NCBI GenBank assembly: GCA_036505215.1
Contig: DASXTW010000046.1
Coordinates: 8,471 to 72,470, forward strand
DNA length: 64,000 bases
Source of the DNA: Actinomycetota bacterium
GTDB taxonomy: Bacteria > Actinomycetota > UBA4738
Direction: 5' to 3'
The stretch's first letter is position 1; each line of letters starts with the position of its first letter. The position numbers were made by a program, and so were the translations under genes. Below the pieces are notes generated by a model, which was not told the DNA's origin, did no database searches, and saw only the letters and a program-made list of their open reading frames with translations. Below, one piece after another: positions 53,898 through 61,647 of this stretch.

Positions 53898-56800
53898 CTA
53901 CAGGCCCTCGAATGCGGCGGTGAGCAGATCCTCCTGTTCCTGCCCGTGTAGCGTGGCGCTGCCGGCGGCGGGGCTGGCGCTCTCCTCCCGCGCCGCGTGG
54001 CTGAACGTGACCTCCCTCGGGAGTGCCGAGTGCAGCCTGGCATGGACGAAGGCGTATCCACCCATGTTCTCCGGCTCCTCTTGGACCCACCGGGCGGACC
54101 GGAGGTTCGGATAGACCTTCAGCGTCTCCAGCATCTGGTCCCCGGGGAAGGGGTACAGCTGCTCCAGACGCAGGATGGCCACGTCGTCCCGGCCCTCCTT
54201 CTCTCTGCGCTCCGCGAGGTCGTAGTAGACCTTGCCGGAGCACAGCAGCACCGATCGCACGCTGTCGGCTGAGAGGTCCCTCGCCTCGGGAAGGAGCTCC
54301 TGGAAATGGCCGGAGACGAATTCGCCCGTGCGGCTTCGGGCCGCGGGCAAGCGCAACAGGGACTTCGGCGTGAACACGACGAGGGGCTTGCGGATGTCCC
54401 GGTGTACCTGCCGTCGGAGGAGGTGGAAGTACTGGGCCGGCATGGAGGGGACGACCACCTGGATGTTGTCCTCGGCGGCGAGCTGGAGGAACCGTTCGAT
54501 GCGTGCGCTGGAGTGCTCGGGGCCCTGCCCCTCGTAGCCGTGCGGGAGAAGGAGGACCAGCCCGCTCGTCTGCCCCCACTTGTCCTCGCCGGACGCGATG
54601 AACTGATCCACCACGACCTGGGCTTCGTTGATGAAGTCGCCGAACTGGGCCTCCCAGCACACGAGGGCGTCCTTGGCCACCACCGACTCTCCGTACTCGA
54701 ATCCGAGCGCGGCGAACTCGTTCAAGGGGCTGTCGTACACGAGGAACGCGCCCTGGCCGTCGACGAGATGAGCCAGCGGATAGAACTTTCGATCGGTCTC
54801 GTAGTCGACCAGGACTGCGTGCCGCTGGCTGAACGTCCCCCGTCGTGAATCCTGGCCGGTCAGCCGCACGGGAATCCCCTCCAGGACCAGGGAGCCGAAG
54901 GCCAGCGCCTCGCCGAGCGACCAGTCCACCGTGTCCTTGCCCAAGAGGTCTCGCCGACGCTCGAGCTGTTTGGCCAGCTTCGGGTGGGGATGGAAGTCCT
55001 CGGGCCAGGACGTGACCCGGTCCAGGACCCGATCGAGTACCCCTCGGTCCACTCCCGTCTCCATGGGCGGGAGGACACCGAGAGGGCGGGACCGACCACG
55101 CCGACGCCCGGTCTCGGGCGGCGCGCTTTCCTTCGTCTCCTCGAACGCTTCGTCCAGTCGCTTCCGGTAGTCCTCCAGCGCGGCTTCGGCCTCGTCAACG
55201 GTGATGTCGCCCCGGTTGACCAGCTTCTCCATGTACAGCTTGCGGACCGAACGGTGCTCGTCGATCGCGCGGTACATCAGGGGCTGGGTGTAGCTGGGGT
55301 CGTCACCCTCGTTGTGCCCGTAGCGCCGGTAGCACACCAGGTCGATGACCACGTCCTTGCGGAACTCCTGGCGGAAGGCAAGGGCCAGCTTCGTCACCCA
55401 GACGCAGGCCTCGGGGTCGTCGCCGTTGGCATGGAAGATTGGGGCCTGCACCATCTTGGCGATGTCGGTCGCGTAGACACTGGACCGGCCGGCCGAGGGG
55501 GCCGTGGTGAACCCCAATTGGTTGTTCACCACGATGTGCACCGTCCCGCCCGTGTTGAAGCCAGGCAAGGCACTCATGCCGAAGGTTTCCGCCACCACTC
55601 CCTGCCCGGCGAACGCGGCGTCCCCGTGTAGGAGGACGGGGAGGACCTTCGAGCGGTCCTGTCCGAAGAACATGTCCTGCGTCGCACGTGCCATCCCTTC
55701 GACCACCGGGTCCACCGCCTCCAGGTGACTCGGGTTCGAGGCCAGCTCGACGGTGACCGTCTTGCCGTTGCGCCCGGTGAACTTGCCGGTGGCGCCGACG
55801 TGATATTTCACGTCACCGGACCCCTGGACCGTCTCTGGGTCGATGTCGCCCTCGAACTCCCGGAACACTCGCCCGTAGCTCTTGCCGACCACATTGACCA
55901 GAACGTTCAGCCGGCCTCGGTGCGCCATCCCCATGACCACTTGCTCCGTGCCCGTCTCCGATGCGTCCTCCAGCAGGAAGTCGAGCATCGGAATGAGGCT
56001 CTCCGCGCCTTCCAGGCTGAAGCGCTTGTGGCCCACGTACTTCGTATGCAGGAATCTCTCGAATCCCTCCGCCGCGTTGAGCCGTTCAAGGACGTGCCGC
56101 TTGTCGCCCACGGAGAGCTCTCGCGAAACGCCCTCCACACGCTGCTGCACCCACCGCTTCTGGTCGGGCTCCTGGATGTGCATGTACTCGATGCCGACCG
56201 TCTGGCAATAGGCATCGCGGAGCAGGTCCATGATCTCTCGCAGCGCACGTCGCTGTTCGCCGGGAAGGTCGTCGGCGAAGAACTCCCGGTCCAGGTCCCA
56301 CACCGACAGGCCGTGAAATCCCGGATCCAGCTCTTCGTGCTTCAAGACCTTCTCGCCGCCCAGCGGATTGAGATTGGCGATGAGGTGACCCCGGACCCTG
56401 TACATGTTGATCAGTCGAAGCACGCGGCTCTGCTTCTCCGTGTAGCCGTCGGTGCCGGTCTGGGCCAGGATGGCCCCGTGGTCCGATGACCAGCGGACCG
56501 GTTCGTACGGGACCCTCAGGCTGGCGAAGACGTCCTCGTAGAACGCATCGCCGCCCGTGAGCAGCTCCTCCAGCTTCGCCAGGAAGAGCCCGCTCTCCGC
56601 GCCCTGGATCACGCGGTGGTCGTAGGTGCTGGTGACGCCGATCAACTTGCCCACGCCCAGGGTGGCCAGCGTGGAGGGATCCGCCCCCTGCCACTCCGCC
56701 GGATAGTCGATCCGGCCCACGCCGACGATCAGGCCTTGTCCCCGGAGGAGCCGGGGGACCGAGAGCTGGGTCCCGATGGTCCCTGGGTTGGTGATCGTCA

Positions 56801-57470
56801 CGGTCGTCCCGGCGAAGTCGTCGGGCGAGACCTTGTTGGTGCGGACCTTCCGGATGACGTCCTCGTAGGCCGCCCAGAACTGGGAGAAGTCCATGTCGTT
56901 GGCGGCCTTGATGTTGGGGACAAGGAGGGTGTGCGAGCCGTCTTCCTTTTCCACATCCACGGCCAGCCCCAGGTTGACGATCTCCGCGCGGACGACATAT
57001 GGCTCGCCGTCGACCTCGAGGTAACTGGACTTCATGACGGGAACCGACTCCAGCGCGCGCAGCACGGCGTAGCCGATCAGATGGGTGAAGCTGACCTTCC
57101 CGCCTCCGCCTGCCGACAGGAAGCGATTGATCACTCGTCGGTTCTCCTCCAGGAGCTTGGCGGGGACGAACCGGAACGAGGTAGCCGTCGGCACCTCCAG
57201 GCTCGCCTGCATGTTCTTGACGACTCGCTCGGCCCCAAACCGGATCCGCTCAGCTCCCGGTGGGATCTCCTTGGTAGGAGCGGTTGGGGCCTCCTTCGTC
57301 CCTTCCTCCGCCCTGGTTGCTTCCCCCAAGCGGGGACGGAAGTCCTCGAAGAACTCGCGCCATCTCTCGTCTACAGCCTCGGGATTCTCCCGATACCGCC
57401 GGTACATCTCGTCGACCAGCCACATGTTCGGCCCCAGGGCCGAAGGGTCGATGTCTTCGTATTCCTTCAT
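53898..57470 (-). CDS. kgd: 2-oxoglutarate dehydrogenase E1 component, actinobacterial multifunctional Kgd/OdhA type
   Basis: About 1190 aa. N-terminus MKEYEDIDPSALGPNMWLVDEMYRRYR, an E2-like succinyltransferase segment, then the TPP-dependent E1 domain. RBS GAGGAAG before the MKEY start. Confidence 0.9.
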   Translation of the reverse strand: MKEYEDIDPSALGPNMWLVDEMYRRYRENPEAVDERWREFFEDFRPRLGEATRAEEGTKEAPTAPTKEIPPGAERIRFGAERVVKNMQASLEVPTATSFRFVPAKLLEENRRVINRFLSAGGGGKVSFTHLIGYAVLRALESVPVMKSSYLEVDGEPYVVRAEIVNLGLAVDVEKEDGSHTLLVPNIKAANDMDFSQFWAAYEDVIRKVRTNKVSPDDFAGTTVTITNPGTIGTQLSVPRLLRGQGLIVGVGRIDYPAEWQGADPSTLATLGVGKLIGVTSTYDHRVIQGAESGLFLAKLEELLTGGDAFYEDVFASLRVPYEPVRWSSDHGAILAQTGTDGYTEKQSRVLRLINMYRVRGHLIANLNPLGGEKVLKHEELDPGFHGLSVWDLDREFFADDLPGEQRRALREIMDLLRDAYCQTVGIEYMHIQEPDQKRWVQQRVEGVSRELSVGDKRHVLERLNAAEGFERFLHTKYVGHKRFSLEGAESLIPMLDFLLEDASETGTEQVVMGMAHRGRLNVLVNVVGKSYGRVFREFEGDIDPETVQGSGDVKYHVGATGKFTGRNGKTVTVELASNPSHLEAVDPVVEGMARATQDMFFGQDRSKVLPVLLHGDAAFAGQGVVAETFGMSALPGFNTGGTVHIVVNNQLGFTTAPSAGRSSVYATDIAKMVQAPIFHANGDDPEACVWVTKLALAFRQEFRKDVVIDLVCYRRYGHNEGDDPSYTQPLMYRAIDEHRSVRKLYMEKLVNRGDITVDEAEAALEDYRKRLDEAFEETKESAPPETGRRRGRSRPLGVLPPMETGVDRGVLDRVLDRVTSWPEDFHPHPKLAKQLERRRDLLGKDTVDWSLGEALAFGSLVLEGIPVRLTGQDSRRGTFSQRHAVLVDYETDRKFYPLAHLVDGQGAFLVYDSPLNEFAALGFEYGESVVAKDALVCWEAQFGDFINEAQVVVDQFIASGEDKWGQTSGLVLLLPHGYEGQGPEHSSARIERFLQLAAEDNIQVVVPSMPAQYFHLLRRQVHRDIRKPLVVFTPKSLLRLPAARSRTGEFVSGHFQELLPEARDLSADSVRSVLLCSGKVYYDLAERREKEGRDDVAILRLEQLYPFPGDQMLETLKVYPNLRSARWVQEEPENMGGYAFVHARLHSALPREVTFSHAAREESASPAAGSATLHGQEQEDLLTAAFEGL

Positions 57471-57596
57471 CGCTTCCTCGGGCGTGCTACCTCGCCGCCC
57501 CCCATTGGTAGAACGCATGGTGAGCCTACCTGCTTCCATCTTTCCACTTGAGAGGGATGCAGAGCCCCTGGCCCGATGCCTTTTGCCGACGATGCC

Positions 57597-58541
57597 TCAG
57601 GAAGGGCGGAGCGCCTCCACGGTCGCCTTGAGGCCCTCCTCCAGCGAGGTCCACGGCCGCCACCCGAGCTCCTTGTCGGCCGCGGTCGGGTCCAGCGCGT
57701 TCCGGCGCAGATCCCCCGGGCGTTCAGGCCCGTAGCGGGGGCTCCCTTTGAATTGGGCGGTCGCGGCCATCAGCTCGTAGAGACCGTTGATCGAGGTCTC
57801 CACCCCCGTGCCCACGTTGAGCACCGAGCCCGGCGCCCGCTCTGCCGCCAGGGAGAACGCGTGGACGGTGTCATCGACGAAGACGAAGTCCCGGGTCTGC
57901 TCGCCGTCCCCGAAGATCGTCGGCGTCTCGCCCGCGAGCATCTTCGCCGCGAAGATCGCGACGACGCCGGCCTCGCCGAACGGATCCTGGCGAGGGCCGT
58001 AGACGTTGGCCAGCGCCAGCGCGGCGAAGTCCAGCCCCCGAGTGCGCCGGTAGAAGTCCAGATAGTCCAAGGCGATGGCCTTGGAGATGCCGTACGGAGA
58101 GATCGGCCTGGCCCTGCTGCGAGCGCTCTCCTTCACCGGGATGCTCTTGGGCTCGCCGTACAGCGTGCCTCCGGAGGCGGCGAACACGACCTTCCTGGTG
58201 CCGGTCGCCGCCGCGCATTCCAGGACGTTCAGGAGGCCCATGACGTTGACGCTGGCGTCGTTCTGCGGGTCCTCCACCGACGTGGGGACGGAGGCCTGGG
58301 CGGCCAGATGCATCACCACCTCCGGCCGATGCCGCTCGAAGACCGTCCGGAGCTCCTCCAGGCGGATGTCCATGTTGTGGAACGTGAACTGCTGTCCATA
58401 CCCTCTGGCGACGACGAGGCTGGCGATCCGGCCGGTGGTGAGGTCGTCGACGGCCACCACCCTCTTGCCTTCAGCCAGGAGCCGGTCGCAGAGATGCGAT
58501 CCGATGAAGCCGGCGCCCCCCGTGACCAGGAAGGTGTTCAC
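57597..58541 (-). CDS. NAD-dependent epimerase/dehydratase (UDP-glucose 4-epimerase-like)
   Basis: Rossmann motif TGGAGFIGSH and catalytic YxxxK (YGISK). Confidence 0.85.
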   Translation of the reverse strand: MNTFLVTGGAGFIGSHLCDRLLAEGKRVVAVDDLTTGRIASLVVARGYGQQFTFHNMDIRLEELRTVFERHRPEVVMHLAAQASVPTSVEDPQNDASVNVMGLLNVLECAAATGTRKVVFAASGGTLYGEPKSIPVKESARSRARPISPYGISKAIALDYLDFYRRTRGLDFAALALANVYGPRQDPFGEAGVVAIFAAKMLAGETPTIFGDGEQTRDFVFVDDTVHAFSLAAERAPGSVLNVGTGVETSINGLYELMAATAQFKGSPRYGPERPGDLRRNALDPTAADKELGWRPWTSLEEGLKATVEALRPS

Positions 58542-58610
58542 GGCCCCCGAGGCTACCCGACCACACGGGCCATGCCCACAACCAACCCGCCTGCGCGGCC
58601 CCCCCGGTTC

Positions 58611-58721
58611 CTCCCGACGAGCCCGATCCTTCGGATCGTCCTCGTCGCCAGGGGGAGCGAAGCAGCCTCATCCGCTCCGCGTCGCTCCGCGGGGCTGCTT
58701 CCCCCCTGGACCCCCCCGGCG
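58611..58721 (-). repeat. MIRU/REP-like interspersed repeat, copy B (opposite orientation to copy A)
   Basis: Reverse complement aligns with 2117..2225. Head ggggggtccagggggg, body gcggagcggatgaggctgct..ccccctggcga, hairpin cgacgag-gacgatccgaaggatcggg-ctcgtcg. Supplies the last 19 codons and TGA stop of the DUF3052 gene. Confidence 0.8.
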
Positions 58722-59111
58722 GCCGAGCGGAATGACGAACCGGAGCGCCGTGTGCGTGTCCGAGAACCTCACCACCTTGTTGTCCACCAGGCCCGCGGCA
58801 ACACCCGCCCGGATGACGTCCGCCTCGCGCAGGTCCTTCCTCCCCTTGGGGAACACCACCCAGGCCGCCCCGTTCCTGGCCATGGACGGCTCGAGACCGC
58901 CGATCTTGGTGAGGTCGGCCATCGACTCGACGGCAAGGAAGATGTGGTCGCTCTGCTTCCGGCGCCTGCCCACCGAGAGCTCCGCCCCCGCCGTCCGAAG
59001 CTCGGCCACGAAACCCTGGTGGTTCACCCCCAGGAGGCTCACCCGGTGCCCCTGTTTCACCCCGAGCTTCTCGATCAAGCTTCTGTGTGAGAAGTCCTTC
59101 TCCCCCGCCAT
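58668..59111 (-). CDS. DUF3052-family protein
   Basis: Core MAGEKDFSHRSLIEKLGVKQGHRVSLLGVN...AWVVFPKGR...VRFSDTHTALRF. Family assignment from memory. C-terminus is encoded by the repeat element. Confidence 0.65.
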   Translation of the reverse strand: MAGEKDFSHRSLIEKLGVKQGHRVSLLGVNHQGFVAELRTAGAELSVGRRRKQSDHIFLAVESMADLTKIGGLEPSMARNGAAWVVFPKGRKDLREADVIRAGVAAGLVDNKVVRFSDTHTALRFVIPLGRRGGPGGKQPRGATRSG

Positions 59112-59256
59112 CTCCTGCTCATTGTCTCGTTCATGGCCGTCGGCGGGCGGCCTTTCTGTGATCTTCTGACCAGCCGGTCCCCTCTTCCTTGTCGCGGACT
59201 CAAGCGCGTGGGAGCATCCCCCGACCTCACCTGATAGCGAGGGGGAACAGGCGAGG

Positions 59257-60432
59257 ATGGACAGCACCCGCGCCCCGGTGCCGTCTTCACAAGAACGGCT
59301 CGGTGGTCACAAACACATAGCACCACAGCGTCCGCCGAGGCTGGCGGCGCTGCGGGCATCGGCTTTTTGGGTTGTGGTCACTGCGTTGATCGTCGTACTC
59401 CCCGCCCAACTCTCGCCAGCGAACATGTTGGAGGATCGACTCGAACGCCGCCCTGCCACTGAGCCCCAGGCAGTGGCGGCGGAGGCGAAGCCGGACGTGT
59501 GGGCAGACGCCTCTCCCAAAAAGATGACCGGCTCGGATCTCGGTCGCCCGGGCATCGCGTTCAGCCAGTACGTCAAGACCGCCAACCTGGGCAAGCTCTC
59601 CCGGCTGGGATGCGCGGAGGGGAAGCGCCTTCGCCGATCATCTGACGCCGACGGCCACATCGTCGTCCTTGACTTCGGGCGGCCGACCCAGAAGGGGAAG
59701 GGCCGGGGCCGCTACTGGGGCGCGTCCTTGTTCCACAGAGGCCGTTTCCACTCGACCTCGGCGATCCAGCAAGCGGCGCAGGCGTACGCAGAGGGTGTGT
59801 GGCGCTGCGTGGATGGACAAAACGCCTCGACCCATCTGACGGTGGCCATCGGCACCAGCAACTTCGGGCGGGCCGTCAGCTTCTGGCACGGCCGGGCCTG
59901 GGCAGAGATGGTGAACCGCGCGAACGAGTGGGCCTCGAAGAAGTCGTACATCCGGCGGGTTCGCTTCGCCGGAGCCAACGACATCGAGCTCAGCTGGGCG
60001 GGCCCCAAGCGCACCAGGGCGTGGGTTCGCGGCTACGACTCCGTGGCCAGATGGCCCTACTACGACTATGGCGATGCCGCGGCCTGCCCGCCCCGGGGGA
60101 ACTGCCTCGGATCCTGGAGCGTGGAGGACGTGTGGTACGTGGCGTGGGGGGCCCGGAGCGCCCGCCCGCTCCCCGAGATCTACACGCCCAACGGGATCAT
60201 GGCGGAGCAGTGGTACCGGCTCAGCCTGTATTCCTACCGGAAGCATGGGATGCGAATGTGGATCGCCGGCGTCATGTCCCAGCGGACCGCATGCCGGCAG
60301 TCCAGGGATCCGTGCCATGGCATGAACAACTCGCCGGCCAGGGCGTGGCGTCTGCTCCATCGGGCTCTCAACCGCGACCAACGGACCGCCCAGAACCTGC
60401 ACTGGTCGACCGACATCGCCTGGTCGGACTAG
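59257..60432 (+). CDS. Hypothetical secreted/membrane-anchored Trp-rich protein
   Basis: N-terminal TM or signal helix (AFWVVVTALIVVLPA). 391 aa, coding-like GC3. No recognisable domain. Confidence 0.55.
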   Translation: MDSTRAPVPSSQERLGGHKHIAPQRPPRLAALRASAFWVVVTALIVVLPAQLSPANMLEDRLERRPATEPQAVAAEAKPDVWADASPKKMTGSDLGRPGIAFSQYVKTANLGKLSRLGCAEGKRLRRSSDADGHIVVLDFGRPTQKGKGRGRYWGASLFHRGRFHSTSAIQQAAQAYAEGVWRCVDGQNASTHLTVAIGTSNFGRAVSFWHGRAWAEMVNRANEWASKKSYIRRVRFAGANDIELSWAGPKRTRAWVRGYDSVARWPYYDYGDAAACPPRGNCLGSWSVEDVWYVAWGARSARPLPEIYTPNGIMAEQWYRLSLYSYRKHGMRMWIAGVMSQRTACRQSRDPCHGMNNSPARAWRLLHRALNRDQRTAQNLHWSTDIAWSD

Positions 60433-60467
60433 CTGCGCCGACCTGAAGGCCGGCTGCGCCCACCTGC

Positions 60468-60863
60468 TCAATGAGGCCCGTGGTATACGGCTTCCACGTT
60501 GTTGCGATCGGGGTCGTAGACGAACGCCGCATAGTAGCCGGCGTGGTACTCGGCCCGGATTCCGGGGCGGCGAATCTCTGTCCCCCCGGCGGCCATGGCG
60601 GCCTGGAAGAAGGCGTCCACCGCCTCCCGACTCTCGGCCACGAACGCGACGTGTGCCGCGGTGGTCGTGGGCTCGCCGAGCTTGCCCTCGAAAATCGCGA
60701 AGTCGTCGGCCTTCTCGGCCCCCAGACCGAGCCCGTCCTCCTGCTCGTACATCACCTTGAACCCGAGTGGCTCCAGGGCAGCGGTGTAGAAGGCCCGGCT
60801 GGCCCTCAGGTCCTTCACCACGAACAGGACGTGATCGACGACGAGGGTACGGACGATGGCCAT
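60468..60863 (-). CDS. VOC/glyoxalase-family protein
   Basis: 131 aa. Paired beta-alpha-beta-beta-beta modules (VDHVLFVVKDLRASRAFY...HVAFVAESREAVDAF). Confidence 0.8.
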   Translation of the reverse strand: MAIVRTLVVDHVLFVVKDLRASRAFYTAALEPLGFKVMYEQEDGLGLGAEKADDFAIFEGKLGEPTTTAAHVAFVAESREAVDAFFQAAMAAGGTEIRRPGIRAEYHAGYYAAFVYDPDRNNVEAVYHGPH

Positions 60864-60974
60864 GATCGAGTCCTCCTGGGCGAGTGTGCGCGAGAGTCTA
60901 GTGGGGAGGCCTCCCTCGACGCGTGCGGATCACACAGGCGATGCCGTTGACGCGTGCGGGTAGATTCTGGATCG

Positions 60975-61640
60975 ATGCCCTCTTCCCCGGATCTGGTCTG
61001 GCAGCCCTCACTGCTTGCAGTCGGCGAGCCCGTCGACGTCGACCGCTCCTTCTCGTGGCTGCGACGGGTGGACCTGGATCCGGAATCGTGGGTCGACCAT
61101 GCACCCGAGTGGGTCTCCGGATCGGATCGCCTCTTCGAGGAGATCCTCACCGGCCGCGCATGGCAGCAGCGATCTCGCCATATGTATGACCGGCGGGTGC
61201 TCGAGCCACGGCTGACCGCGCCGTGGAGCCTCCAGTCGGGCGAGTCCCTGGAACCGCCGATCCTCGAGGAGATCAGGCTGGTGCTCTCCGACCGCTATGA
61301 GCGGGAGTTCGACTCGGTCGGGTTCAACCTGTACCGGGACGGGCGCGACAGCGTGGCGTGGCACGCCGACCGCATCGCCAAGGAGATCGAGGATCCGATC
61401 GTCGCCCTCGTTTCTCTCGGGGAACCGCGCAAGTTCCTCCTGAGGCCCAAGGGAGGAGGGAAGTCGCGAGCGTTCCTGCTCGGGCGGGGCGACCTGCTCG
61501 TCACCGGCGGCAAGACCCAGCGGACATGGGAGCACAGCGTTCCCAAGGTGGCCGTCGCCGGGCCGCGCATCAGCTTGGCATACCGTCACGCCATGGACCC
61601 CGCCGCTTACGAGGGGAAAAGGGTAGAGGGGGGCAGCTGA
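60975..61640 (+). CDS. alkB: Alpha-ketoglutarate/Fe(II)-dependent dioxygenase AlkB
   Basis: HxD...H motif (AWHADR ... ISLAYRH) and AlkB-like N-terminus. ATG at 60975 preferred over the upstream in-frame GTG. Confidence 0.8.
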   Translation: MPSSPDLVWQPSLLAVGEPVDVDRSFSWLRRVDLDPESWVDHAPEWVSGSDRLFEEILTGRAWQQRSRHMYDRRVLEPRLTAPWSLQSGESLEPPILEEIRLVLSDRYEREFDSVGFNLYRDGRDSVAWHADRIAKEIEDPIVALVSLGEPRKFLLRPKGGGKSRAFLLGRGDLLVTGGKTQRTWEHSVPKVAVAGPRISLAYRHAMDPAAYEGKRVEGGS

Positions 61641-61647
61641 GGGACGG

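Noticed and set aside
60954-60974. Track start of alkB at 60954 (GTG)
   Set aside because: The ATG at 60975 gives an N-terminus that aligns better with AlkB and has a TAGATT -10 immediately upstream. The GTG extension is kept only as an alternative.
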